Made by a program: the position numbers and the translations under genes | Source: Dehalococcoidia bacterium | Lineage (GTDB): Bacteria > Chloroflexota > Dehalococcoidia > Bin125 | NCBI GenBank assembly: GCA_963555985.3 | Contig: OY820591.1 | Coordinates: 544,001-608,000, forward strand | Length of the DNA: 64,000 nt | Direction: 5' to 3' | Notes under the pieces: model-generated | Told to the model about the DNA's origin: nothing | The model's database searches: none | What the model saw: the letters and a program-made list of their open reading frames with translations, nothing else | Shown: piece by piece, positions 17,944-32,159 of the stretch | Position numbering within the stretch: the stretch's first letter is position 1 | How the letters are laid out: each line of letters begins with the position of its first letter

Positions 17944-19011
17944 TCAGGATAGCCGGATCGTGAGCAGGCCGTCGGACTCGAATTCGACGGCTTCGCCTCT
18001 GGCGACGAGGGCGTCGATGTGGCCGATGACCTCGGCGAGGGCTTGCCAGAGGCGGCGGTCGGGGAGGCGCTTGAAGAGGGTGATCAGGAGCGTGTAGGGG
18101 GTGGCGGGGCCTTCTTCGAGGATGTCTCGGAGCTGGGACTGGCGGCGCTGGTGGTGGCGGCGGGTGCGGTCGATTTCGGGTTGGATGGCGTTGGTGTGTT
18201 CGCCGTGGCCGGGGTAGAGATATGACGCATTGAGGGCGTCGACCTTCGCCAAGGAGTCGGCGAAGGCGGGGAGGCTGCGGAAGCGTGAGGGCGGATCGGT
18301 GGAGAGGTCCCAGTGCCAGCCCGGGTTGGAGTTGACGCCGGGGATGAGTTGGTCGCCGCTGAAGAGGGCTCCGGTCTCGGGCTCGAAGCAGACGGCGTTG
18401 CCGGGGGTATGGCCGGGGGCTGCGAGGAGGGCCAGGGTGCGTCCGCCGACGGTGATCTCTGCGCCGTCGGGGAGGGGATCATCGGGGCGGAAGGGGGTGC
18501 CGCGAATGAGACCGGGCCAGCGCTCGCGGCGACGGCCGCCGCCGGTGAAATCCCCGGCGCGGAAGGCTTGTCTCATGCGTTCACGGTCTTCGATGAAGCC
18601 AGTGATGCGTTCTTCGGGGACGCCGACATTGCGCCAGGTTTGGAAGACGTATTGGGTTTGGTAGCCGATGATGTTGCGTCCGTGCAGGAATTGGGGGGAT
18701 TCTGCTTCCCACGCGGCGACTCGGACGCCTTGGTCCTGCCAGCGGTGAGCGAGACCGCAGTGGTCAATGTGGGCGTGAGTGATGACGACCGTGCGCACAT
18801 CGCGGATGTCGAGGCCGGCGGCGTCGAGTTGGGCGGCGAGGGCGTCCCAAGCGCCGTCGTAGTCGGGGCCGGCGTCGACCAGGATGATGCCGTCGTCGGT
18901 GGGGAGGGCGTAGGCCCAGTTGTCGCTGAGGGCGATCGGCAGGACACCGTGTTCGGTGAGCATGGACGATCCGGCTTGGGTCACGCGGCGGTTCTCCTGT
19001 TGGAGGGGCAA
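17944..19011 (-). CDS. MBL-fold metallo-hydrolase with C-terminal winged-helix-like tail
   Basis: 'THAHIDHCG', 'APGHTPG', 'FSGD', 'PGHG'. Confidence 0.88.
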   Translation of the reverse strand: MPLQQENRRVTQAGSSMLTEHGVLPIALSDNWAYALPTDDGIILVDAGPDYDGAWDALAAQLDAAGLDIRDVRTVVITHAHIDHCGLAHRWQDQGVRVAAWEAESPQFLHGRNIIGYQTQYVFQTWRNVGVPEERITGFIEDRERMRQAFRAGDFTGGGRRRERWPGLIRGTPFRPDDPLPDGAEITVGGRTLALLAAPGHTPGNAVCFEPETGALFSGDQLIPGVNSNPGWHWDLSTDPPSRFRSLPAFADSLAKVDALNASYLYPGHGEHTNAIQPEIDRTRRHHQRRQSQLRDILEEGPATPYTLLITLFKRLPDRRLWQALAEVIGHIDALVARGEAVEFESDGLLTIRLS

Positions 19012-19030
19012 GCTGGCTTACGGTAGCGCA

Positions 19031-19391
19031 GGTCAGGAATTTCTGAGGGCACAGGGTGAATTTGCGGCTGTGGGCGGGAAATTGGGCGGCAGGTAGTCCG
19101 GATTTGTCCAGATTTGGCTAGATTTTGCCGGATTACGGGGATGTTTGGAGTGGAATAGGGGGTGCGATTCCGGGTTTGTCTTGGTTTGTCCAGATGGGTT
19201 ACGGCGGTCATGGCGGGCTCTGTTGGCTGGTGACATGTGGTTGTGTGCGGGCAATGATATGCGGACGGGCGTTCGGTGGCGGGGTTGAGGTCGGCGCGGT
19301 GTTGCAGAGGCGACAGTTGGGTTGGGAGGCGGGTCGGACCCCCCTCTGTCACTTCGTGACATCTCCTCCCGCAGTGCGGGGGGAGAGGGGG
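19031..19391 (-). repeat. ~360-bp dispersed element, copy 2 (inverted)
   Basis: Reverse complement of 11419-11777 with substitutions and indels. Confidence 0.85.
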
Positions 19392-19410
19392 AGTTGCGTG
19401 TCGGTCTCTG

Positions 19411-20154
19411 CTAGTCGGAGTGCAAGTAGGGGCATCCTGCTTGATCTTGACTCAGGACGGCGATTGTGGTGCTGACGTCGATTTCTGCGGCGTATTTGAG
19501 GTCTTGGTGGAAGCCGAGGTCTTGGAGGCGGCGGGCGTGGGGGGAGTCGGCGAAGGCGGTGGCGGGATTGCGGTCGTAGGCGTCGTAGAGCTTGAGGGCG
19601 AGTCTGGCTCCGCCTTGCAGGGCTAGGTGGGGTGCGGCTTGATGAATGGCGTCTACGTACGCGCCGGCTGCGAAGGCGTCCTCGACCGACGGGGCGCTGC
19701 CGCCGTGATCGCCGCTGCATACGATTGCGATCCGATCCGTTGCTTGCGCCAGCGTGCGTTCGACTGCGGCGGCGCGGTTGCGCAGGCAGGCGGAGAGGGC
19801 TTGGGCAGCCTGAGCGGCCCCGAGCAGGGCGCGGGTGCCGTTGCTGGTGACGTGGACGACTTTCCAGTCGCGGACGTCGAGTGCTGCGAACTCTGTCGCC
19901 GAGTTGCCGTAATCGGCTTGGGGGGGCGGGAGCGCGTTGATCTCGCCGATCAGTTTGGCGTCTCCGAGTTTGGTCCGGAGCGCGATTCCCGCTGCGAAAT
20001 CGGCGACGGGGTAGATGCGTTGCGCTCCACCAGCGATCAGGGCGTCGTGGACAGTGGTGGCGCGGAGGATGTCGAGCACGATTACGGTCGCGCCCGCGAG
20101 TAGGTCGGGGGCTGGCGGGGTGATGTGGACCTTGATCGCGGTTTGGGTGGTCAC
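19411..20154 (-). CDS. comB: 2-phosphosulfolactate phosphatase family protein
   Basis: 'VIVLDILRATT', 'DYGNS', 'TSNGTRAL', 'EDAFAAG'. Confidence 0.88.
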   Translation of the reverse strand: MTTQTAIKVHITPPAPDLLAGATVIVLDILRATTVHDALIAGGAQRIYPVADFAAGIALRTKLGDAKLIGEINALPPPQADYGNSATEFAALDVRDWKVVHVTSNGTRALLGAAQAAQALSACLRNRAAAVERTLAQATDRIAIVCSGDHGGSAPSVEDAFAAGAYVDAIHQAAPHLALQGGARLALKLYDAYDRNPATAFADSPHARRLQDLGFHQDLKYAAEIDVSTTIAVLSQDQAGCPYLHSD

Positions 20155-20192
20155 GGGTTCAGGATATTGGAGAGGGCTGGGGGGTTCTCAGG

Positions 20193-20627
20193 CCCTCTGC
20201 TCCTTGGGGCATCTCCTTCCCCGCCTGCGGAGGCCTTTGCGAAAGTCCATCCCTGTGCATTGGAGCTTGGGGGAGCGGATCGCGGATGCAAAGTCAGCGG
20301 TACGACCAGATCTGGAAGCAGCTTCAGACTTGAGAGGTTCGAGATTCCCGCCTGCGCGGGAATGACGGAAATGGGGATCTTGCACAGGCCTTCCTGTGCG
20401 GGGACAGGCTCTCAAGGGGGAGATTGATCGTGGGCGGGTTGAGGGCTTGCCCCTTGTACCTATGGCATTTCCCTCCTCGCTTGCGCGGAGACTGGCTCTC
20501 AAAGAGGCGATCAATCGCGAGTTGGGCATCGGTCTGTTGGGGGGAGTGATCGCGAGTGACTGAGAGGACTGCGAGGCGTCTCACCCCCTCTGCCCCGTTG
20601 GGGCATCTCCCCCTCAAGGGGGAGATC
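20193..20627. repeat. Composite palindromic repeat cluster
   Basis: GAGATTCCCGCCTGCGCGGGAATGACGG, GAGGCCTTTGCGAAAG, GCGGGGACAGGCTC and ATCTCCCCCTCAAGGGGGAGAT modules. Confidence 0.8.
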
Positions 20628-20689
20628 AAACGTGAGTTACGCATTGGTCTCTTTTGGGGTTGGGCGGTGTTGGGGTCTACGATGGGGGC

Positions 20690-21502
20690 ATGGATTTTAG
20701 GGATCGGGTCGGGGCGGCGATGGCGGCGGCGGGTTCGCTGCTTTGTGTGGGGCTTGATCCGCAGCCGGCTCGGACTCCTGCTGATCGGTTGTTGGCTTTC
20801 AACACTGAGGTTGTGGAGGCGACGGCTGATGTCGTGTGCGCGTATAAGCCGCAATCGGCGTTTTATGAGGCGCAGGGAATGGCGGGTTGGCAGGCGCTTT
20901 TGGACACGATCGTGATGATTCGGCGGGTGGTGCCGGAGGCGCTGGTGATTCTCGATGCGAAGCGGGGAGATATTGGGAATTCGTCGTCGGCGTATGCGCA
21001 GGCGGCGTTCGATCATTTTGGGGTTGACGCTCTGACTGTGAGTCCGTACTTGGGCGGGGATTCGATTGCGCCTTTCCTCGAACGCCCGGAGCGGGGGGCG
21101 TTTTTGCTCTGCCGGACTTCGAATGCGGGCGGCGCGGAGCTCCAATCCGTGGCGACGGCCGGCGGCGATCCGCTCTATCTGACGGTTGCAGAGCGGATTC
21201 AGGAGTGGTCGGACGCACATCATGGCAACGCCGGGCTGGTGGTCGGCGCGACCTATCCGGAGGAGCTGGCGCGGGTGCGGGAGCGTTGTCCGACGCTGCC
21301 GATCCTGCTGCCCGGAATTGGCGCGCAGGGCGGCGATCTGGAGGCGTCCGTGTCTGCGGGCGTGGACGCATTCGGGCGGGGCTTGTTGGTGAGCGCGTCG
21401 CGCTCGGTGATCTACGCGGGCGACGCGGCGGCGATTCGGGCCGAAGCGCTCCGTCTGGCCGGGGCGATCAATCACGTGCGCGGATTTTCACGTGTCGGCT
21501 GA
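20690..21502 (+). CDS. pyrF: Orotidine-5'-phosphate decarboxylase
   Basis: 'LCVGLDP', 'LDAKRGDIG', 'CRTSN', 'VVGAT', 'LPGIGAQGG'. Confidence 0.95.
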   Translation: MDFRDRVGAAMAAAGSLLCVGLDPQPARTPADRLLAFNTEVVEATADVVCAYKPQSAFYEAQGMAGWQALLDTIVMIRRVVPEALVILDAKRGDIGNSSSAYAQAAFDHFGVDALTVSPYLGGDSIAPFLERPERGAFLLCRTSNAGGAELQSVATAGGDPLYLTVAERIQEWSDAHHGNAGLVVGATYPEELARVRERCPTLPILLPGIGAQGGDLEASVSAGVDAFGRGLLVSASRSVIYAGDAAAIRAEALRLAGAINHVRGFSRVG

Positions 21503-22820
21503 GGCGGATCATTCGTCTCCGCCGGTATTGCCGTTGCTCCGCAACCGCAGTTTCCTCGCGCTCTGGATCGCCTCGGCGATCCAGTTGACGATCAATTCGG
21601 CGCTCCAGTTCGTGCTGCTGATTTGGGTGCTGGAGCAGACAGGCTCACCACTCGCTTCGACCGCGCTCGTGATCTGTCTCGCTGCGCCGCCGGTGGTGTT
21701 CGGCGCAGTGGCGGGCGTGCTGCTGGATCGGCTCGATAAACGCACCGTGCTGGTTGTGGCGGTGGTGATCCGTTCAGGGCTGACGGCGCTGCTGTTGCTG
21801 GCCGACAACGTTTCGGTGGGAGCGGTCTACGCGGTCGCGTTTCTGACCGCGACGGCGGGGCAGTTCGCCGTTCCGGCGGGGGCGGCGGCTTTGCCCGGTT
21901 TCGTGGCCAAGCAACAGTTGCTGTCGGCCAACTCCGCCTTTCAGCTGGCCACGATGTCGTCGCAGCTGATTGGTCTGGTGGCGCTCTCGCCGATCATGCT
22001 GAAGCTGTTCGGGTTCGACGCCTCGTATGTGGTCTCGGCGGCGCTGTTGCTTTCGACCGCTCCGTTGCTGTTGCTGCTGCCGCCGATTCCTCCGCAGATC
22101 AGGACGCCGCACCGGTTGGGCGAGGATCTTGGTCTGGTGCGGGCGGCGCTGACGACGACGGTGGCGGATATTCGCGCGACCGGAGCGATGATCTGGCGAG
22201 ATCGCCTGACCGCTTTGGCCTACGTTCAGCTGATCACCGGGGTGATGCTGCTGTTCATGTTTGCGGTGCTGGTGCCGCAATTCGTGCATGAGGTGTTGGG
22301 GCGGGCAGAGGAGGATGCGGTGTTCGTGTTCTGGCCGACCGGGATCGGGGCGCTGCTGGCGCTGTTGCTGGTGCCGCGTCTTGGCCGGCGCTTCAGCGTC
22401 AACATGATGGCGACGGCGGCGCTGGCGGTGATCTGCGTGGTGGTGACGATTCTGGGCGTGTTTGATTTTCTGCGCACCTCGACCGGCGGGAGCCAGGACT
22501 GGCTCTTGGTGGGCACGTTGATCATGGCGTTCCCGCTGGGGCTGGCCTATGCGGCTGTGAACGCGCCGGCGCAGACGCTGTTGCAAGAGCGTGCGCCGGC
22601 GGAGATGCGGGGGCGGCTATTTTCGACGCAGATGATGCTGGCGAATGCGGTCTCGATGCTGGCGCTGCTGGTGGTTGGCGGGGTGGCGGACGCGGCGGGC
22701 GTGCGGCAGAGTCTGTTTTTGCTGGGGGGAGTGTTGTTTCTGATTACGCTGGGCGCGCTTTGGTTGGGGCGCGACGGATCCGGGCGTCCGCCGCCGGCTG
22801 CGGAGAGCGCCGGGGGCTGA
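21492..22820 (+). CDS. MFS transporter
   Basis: ~12 TM helices; motif A 'AGVLLDRLDKR'; 'EMRGRLFS'. Confidence 0.9.
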   Translation: MSAEADHSSPPVLPLLRNRSFLALWIASAIQLTINSALQFVLLIWVLEQTGSPLASTALVICLAAPPVVFGAVAGVLLDRLDKRTVLVVAVVIRSGLTALLLLADNVSVGAVYAVAFLTATAGQFAVPAGAAALPGFVAKQQLLSANSAFQLATMSSQLIGLVALSPIMLKLFGFDASYVVSAALLLSTAPLLLLLPPIPPQIRTPHRLGEDLGLVRAALTTTVADIRATGAMIWRDRLTALAYVQLITGVMLLFMFAVLVPQFVHEVLGRAEEDAVFVFWPTGIGALLALLLVPRLGRRFSVNMMATAALAVICVVVTILGVFDFLRTSTGGSQDWLLVGTLIMAFPLGLAYAAVNAPAQTLLQERAPAEMRGRLFSTQMMLANAVSMLALLVVGGVADAAGVRQSLFLLGGVLFLITLGALWLGRDGSGRPPPAAESAGG

Positions 22821-22912
22821 GTTTGCCGCCCCGCTCCGGCGCTGCGCTAATCTGAGCGTGAACGTCATGTCCCGCGTCTGCACGGGGCGGGTTTCGGGGA
22901 GGAGGATCGAGC

Positions 22913-23434
22913 ATGAAGGAAGTCACGATTGAAGCGCTGCGCGTCTCCCTGATGAACTACAACCGGGTGGTGGTGCTGAAGGAGAAGGACGCGGATCGCT
23001 ACCTGACGATCTACATCGGGGCGGCGGAGGCGGACGCGATCGCGCTGCGGTTGCAGCAGGTCAACGTTGCGCGGCCGATGACGCACGATCTGCTGACCAA
23101 CGTGATGGCCGAGCTGGGGGCGCGGGTGATCCGGGTGGTGGTGACGGAGGTCAGGAACGACACCTACTACGCGCGGCTCTACCTGGATGTGAACAACCAG
23201 GAGCTGGAGATCGACTCGCGTCCCTCCGATGCGATCGCGCTGGCGGTGCGGGCGGAGGCTCCGATTTTTGTCGAGGACGCGGTGATCGACGCGGCTGGGG
23301 TGCTGCTGGACGATCAGGGATTGGTGACGGGCGAGGAAGAGGACAAGCCGGAGCCGGTGAGGCCGGAGGAGTTGGAGAAGATGTCGGCCTTCCGGGACTT
23401 CATCGAGAGTCTGGATATGGACGATTTCGAGTAG
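22913..23434 (+). CDS. Bifunctional nuclease (DUF151) family protein
   Basis: 'IYIGAAEA', 'RPMTHDL', 'DSRPSDAIALA'. Confidence 0.92.
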   Translation: MKEVTIEALRVSLMNYNRVVVLKEKDADRYLTIYIGAAEADAIALRLQQVNVARPMTHDLLTNVMAELGARVIRVVVTEVRNDTYYARLYLDVNNQELEIDSRPSDAIALAVRAEAPIFVEDAVIDAAGVLLDDQGLVTGEEEDKPEPVRPEELEKMSAFRDFIESLDMDDFE

Positions 23435-23491
23435 GGGGCTTTTGTCTCTGCGGCGGTGCTGTGGGTGATGCGGCGCAGGGGCAGGGCTTTC

Positions 23492-23630
23492 GGACCCCCC
23501 TCTGCCTTCGGCATCTCCCCCCGCACTGCGGGGGGAGAGGGGAGGTGGGTTCGGGGCATTCGCTCCGCAGTGGCGGGAGAGGGTGAGGTGGGTTCGGGGC
23601 ATTCGCTCCGCAGTGTTGGGAGAGGATCCG
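23492..23630. repeat. GC hairpin repeat plus a 43-bp-period tandem duplication
   Basis: CTCCCCCCGCACTGCGGGGGGAG hairpin; GAGGTGGGTTCGGGGCATTCGCTCCGCAGTG at 23542 and 23585. Confidence 0.8.
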
Positions 23631-23693
23631 GAGACTTTCGGGCCTGCGTATCGTGCGACACATGGGGCTGCGGCGCGTTGTCGCAAGGGGACA

Positions 23694-23711
23694 TTGTGAT
23701 ATCTTTCGCAA
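23694..23711 (+). promoter_or_regulatory. Putative Rex operator upstream of the atp operon
   Basis: TTGTGAT-ATCT-TTCGCAA versus consensus TTGTGAA-N4-TTCACAA (2 mismatches); rex gene is in the window. Confidence 0.65.
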
Positions 23712-23733
23712 GGCTCAGGGAAGGGCCGCCCAG

Positions 23734-23984
23734 ATGAGTCAATGGCCGCCGGCCATGCAGCTCCTGGGGATCGGCTGGTACGTCGCGGTCTGCATTGTCG
23801 GCGGCGTGCTGCTGGGGCTCTGGCTTGATCGTGAGCTGGGGATATCGCCCGCCCTCACCCTGGCCGGCCTCGGGCTCGGTCTGGCTGCAGCCGGCTGGGG
23901 CGGCTACCGAATGCTGCAACAGCTCTTTGCGGCGCAGCAGCAGCGCGACTCGCGGACGGACGGCGACAGCGAAGGAAGCGGGGA

Positions 23985-23988
<4 letters not shown>
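23734..23988 (+). CDS. AtpZ/AtpI-family ATP synthase accessory protein
   Basis: 'GGVLLGLWLDRELG..P..TLAGL'; first gene of the operon. Confidence 0.85.
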
Positions 23989-25813
<1,825 letters not shown>

Positions 25814-25913
25814 CCACAGCCGGGGCGCGAACCGATCTGCGCGGGCTCGGCGCTGAAGTCAGATTCAGCGGCCGGGTCGCAGCAGCAGCGCACGCAGACG
25901 AACGGGGAAGCGT

Positions 25914-26417
25914 ATGGACGCACTCGGTCTCAACCTCGCCGGACTCATCACGCATTTCATCAGCTTCGGGATTCTCTTCGCGCTGCTGTTTGTGCTGCTC
26001 TACAAGCCGCTCGGGCGTGTACTCGAAGAGCGCCGCAAGCGGATCGAAGAAGGCCTGACCGCCTCGGAACGCGCGCAGGAAGCGGCGGAAGAAGCTCGCG
26101 CCGAAGCCCGCGCCGAAATTCAGCAGGGCCGCGAAGAGGCGCAGCGGCTGGTCGCTCAGGCGCAGGAGCTCGCTCAGCGGATCGAAGCGGAGGCTCGCGA
26201 AGGTGCTGTGGAGCAGGCGGAGCAGCTGATCGAACGCGCCCGCTCGGAGATCGAGCAGGAACGCGATCAGGCTGTTCAGCAGTTACGCAACGAATTCGCC
26301 GGTCTCGCCATCTCCGCCGCCGAGCGGGTGATTGGGCAGGCGCTCAACCGCGACGACCACCAGCGCCTGATCGCCGATGTGTTGGCAGAGTCCAACGCCG
26401 GCGAGCGGCGCAACTAG
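25914..26417 (+). CDS. atpF: F0 subunit b
   Basis: N-terminal TM, 'YKPL..LEERRKRIEEGL', coiled coil. Confidence 0.95.
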   Translation: MDALGLNLAGLITHFISFGILFALLFVLLYKPLGRVLEERRKRIEEGLTASERAQEAAEEARAEARAEIQQGREEAQRLVAQAQELAQRIEAEAREGAVEQAEQLIERARSEIEQERDQAVQQLRNEFAGLAISAAERVIGQALNRDDHQRLIADVLAESNAGERRN

Positions 26418-26453
26418 ACTGCCGCGACGCGCAATCGCGCGAAGGAGGCGCAC

Positions 26454-27008
26454 GTGGCACAACGCGACCCCGCCGCTCGACGCTACGCCGATGCGGTCTT
26501 CGGTATCGCCAGCGACTCCGGCGATGCGGATGCGTTCGATCGCTGGCTGAGCGACCTCGACGACATCGCTCAGCTCTTTGCAGAGCCGACTGTGCGCGGC
26601 TTCCTCGTCAGCACCCGGGTGACCCAGGAACAGAAAGAGGCCGTGCTTGAGCAGGCCTTGCCGGATGTGCAGGCGGATTCGCGCAACCTGGCCAAGCTGC
26701 TGGTGCGTAAGCGCCGGGTGGCTCTGGCTGACCAGATCGGCGACGCTTTTCGCCAGCGCCTCAACGCCGTCCGCAACATTACCGAGGCCAGTGTGGTCAC
26801 GGCGGTGCCGCTCAGCGACGAGGCCCGCCGCGCCGTTGCCGAGGCTGTACACCACTACACCAACGCCGAAACGGTGCAACTGACCGAATCGGTGGATCCG
26901 GAGTTGATCGGCGGGGCGGTGATCCAAATCGGCGACCGGATCATCGACGGTTCGGTGCGCACCCGGCTCGCCACGCTCCGCCGCTCACTCGCTAGCGGAG
27001 CCGCCTAA
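26454..27008 (+). CDS. atpH: F1 subunit delta
   Basis: 'ARRYA', 'VDPELIGG...IGDRIIDGS'. Confidence 0.95.
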   Translation: MAQRDPAARRYADAVFGIASDSGDADAFDRWLSDLDDIAQLFAEPTVRGFLVSTRVTQEQKEAVLEQALPDVQADSRNLAKLLVRKRRVALADQIGDAFRQRLNAVRNITEASVVTAVPLSDEARRAVAEAVHHYTNAETVQLTESVDPELIGGAVIQIGDRIIDGSVRTRLATLRRSLASGAA

Positions 27009-27050
27009 CGACAGGGAGCGTCGCCAGACGCTTCGCCAAGGAGACAGAAC

Positions 27051-28577
<1,527 letters not shown>

Positions 28578-28628
28578 GGGGCGAACCCGCCCCGCGTAGG
28601 CAGGGGTCAGGGAAGGCATCAGCCGCCG

Positions 28629-29504
28629 ATGGCCAACACCCGCGAAATTCGCCGACGCATCCGCTCGGTCGAGAACACCGCCAAGATCACCAACGCGATC
28701 CAGCTCGTCGCGGCCTCGAAGATGCGCCGCGCGCAGGATCGCGCGCTTTCGGCGCGGCCCTACGCAGAGAAGATGCAGACGGTCTTGAGCCATCTCTCGA
28801 ACGTGGCCACCGATCCCGATTCCAGCCATCCCCTGCTGGAGCGGCGTGAGATCCAGGAAACCACCGTGATCCTGATCACGCCCGACCGCGGCCTCTGCGG
28901 CGGCCTGATTGCGAACCTCGAACGTCACACCGGTGAGATCGTGCTCGGTTCCGAGCGCTCCGGCGACATCTCGATGATTCCGGTCGGACGCAAGGGCGGG
29001 GACTACTTCCAGCGCTTCGGGATCAACTTTCGCGCCAGCTTCCAGGAGCTCGGCGACTACCCGGGGCTGGCGGAGACGCAGCCGATTTCCCGGATCGCGA
29101 TTGACGACTACATCAACGGCGATATCGATCAGGTGCTGCTGGTCTACGCCTCGTTCATCAACACTGTTCAGCAGGTACCGGTGACGGTCCCGATTCTGCC
29201 GGTCGAGCCGCCCGCCTCGGAGGACGGGGCCGAGGGCGGCGAAGCGCAGTACATCTTCGAGCCGTCCCCGCAGGAAGTGCTCGCTGATCTGCTGCCGCGC
29301 TACGTGGATCTGCTGGTCTACCAGGCGGTGCTGGAGGCGGCGGCCTCGGAGCAGTCGGCGCGGATGGTGGCGATGCGCAACGCGACCGACGCGGCGAACG
29401 AGATGATCGACGAGCTCACGCTCGTTTACAACAAGGCGCGCCAGGAGCAGATCACGTCCGAGCTGCTCGATATCACCGGCGGCGTGGAAGCGCTCAAGGG
29501 CTAA
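28629..29504 (+). CDS. atpG: F1 subunit gamma
   Basis: 'KITNAIQLVAASK', 'DRGLCG', 'NKARQEQITSEL'. Confidence 0.97.
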   Translation: MANTREIRRRIRSVENTAKITNAIQLVAASKMRRAQDRALSARPYAEKMQTVLSHLSNVATDPDSSHPLLERREIQETTVILITPDRGLCGGLIANLERHTGEIVLGSERSGDISMIPVGRKGGDYFQRFGINFRASFQELGDYPGLAETQPISRIAIDDYINGDIDQVLLVYASFINTVQQVPVTVPILPVEPPASEDGAEGGEAQYIFEPSPQEVLADLLPRYVDLLVYQAVLEAAASEQSARMVAMRNATDAANEMIDELTLVYNKARQEQITSELLDITGGVEALKG

Positions 29505-29507
29505 CTC

Positions 29508-30176
29508 ATGGCGGCAGCGGTGATCTTCGATATGGACGGCGTGCTGCTGGACTCGGAGCCGCTGCATTACGAAGCCGTCCGCCAGGCTCTGGCCGAGCAG
29601 GGCGTCGACTTTCCGCTTGACGACTACGCCCGCTATCTAGGCACGACGCTGACCAGCACCTGGGACGAACTCTGCGAGCGCTACCCGATTACGATGACGC
29701 TCGCCGAGTTCGAGGCGCGCTACAACGCTGACGTGCTGGCTCAGTATCAGGCCGGCGCGCCGCTAATTCGCGGGGCGCGTGAGCTTGTCCAGCAGTTGCG
29801 CGAGGCGGGCGTGCCGATTGCAGTGGCCAGCTCGTCGCATCGGATGTGGGTGGAAGCAGCGCTCACGGGTGCGGGCCTGCGCGAGTACTTTGAGCAGACC
29901 ACCGCCGGCGATGAGGTCTCGATGGGCAAGCCCTCACCTGAGATCTATCTGAAGGCTGCGGCCAAGCTCGGTTTCGCGCCGGAGGATTGCATTGCGATTG
30001 AAGACGCTCCTGCCGGGGTCGAATCAGCTACGGCTGCGGGGATGCGGGTAGTGCTGGTGCGCAGCGAACTGACGACGGACCTCAAGCTGACCTCCGACTG
30101 GGAGGTTGACGATCTGACAGAATTCGAGCTCGCATGGCTCAGCGCCGAACCGGCCGATCTGGTCGGGGCGGTCTAG
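29508..30176 (+). CDS. HAD-superfamily phosphatase (beta-PGM/YqaB-like)
   Basis: 'FDMDGVLLDSE', 'ASSS', 'GKPSPEIY', 'IEDAPAG'. Confidence 0.92.
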   Translation: MAAAVIFDMDGVLLDSEPLHYEAVRQALAEQGVDFPLDDYARYLGTTLTSTWDELCERYPITMTLAEFEARYNADVLAQYQAGAPLIRGARELVQQLREAGVPIAVASSSHRMWVEAALTGAGLREYFEQTTAGDEVSMGKPSPEIYLKAAAKLGFAPEDCIAIEDAPAGVESATAAGMRVVLVRSELTTDLKLTSDWEVDDLTEFELAWLSAEPADLVGAV

Positions 30177-31610
<1,434 letters not shown>

Positions 31611-31658
31611 CGCACTTCTTCACCTCTCCCCCTCTGGGGGAGATTGAGAGGGGGGCAC

Positions 31659-32096
31659 ATGCCGCTCACGCTTGAGATCATCACCGGCGAACGCCGCCTG
31701 TTGCGTCAGGAAGACGTGGATGAAGTGATTGCGCCCGGTTCGCTCGGCGAACTCGGGATCCTGCCTAACCACGCTCCCCTGATCACCTCGCTCGCGCCGG
31801 GCGAATTGCGAGTCAAGTCCGGCGGCAACGAAGAGGAGTTCTTCGTCTCCGGCGGGTTCCTGGAGGTTCAGGCGGATGAGGTGACGGTGCTCGCCGATGC
31901 CGCCGAACACGGTGGTGAGATCGATGCCGAGCGAGCCGAGGAGGCTCGTCAGCGGGCGCTTGAGCGGCTCGAGCAAGCGAGCGACGCGGATCGCGCCCGC
32001 GCTCAGGCTGCCCTCTCCCGTTCGCTCCAACGACTCCGAGTGCTCGAACACCGCCGCCGCCGCAGCGGGCGCGAAATGTCGCGGCCCAGCTCCTAG
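31659..32096 (+). CDS. atpC: F1 subunit epsilon
   Basis: 'GELGILPNHAPLIT', 'VSGGFLEV'. Confidence 0.95.
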   Translation: MPLTLEIITGERRLLRQEDVDEVIAPGSLGELGILPNHAPLITSLAPGELRVKSGGNEEEFFVSGGFLEVQADEVTVLADAAEHGGEIDAERAEEARQRALERLEQASDADRARAQAALSRSLQRLRVLEHRRRRSGREMSRPSS

Positions 32097-32159
32097 GCGC
32101 TCCGCGGTTATCCCATTCGGGTTCGCCAGAGCATGACTGGTAGGGCTACCGTCTGAGCT

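Noticed and set aside
23540-23630. Possible mini CRISPR array
   Set aside because: Only two units with a 43-bp period, near-identical 12-bp spacers and no cas genes; it is a tandem duplication within a repeat cluster
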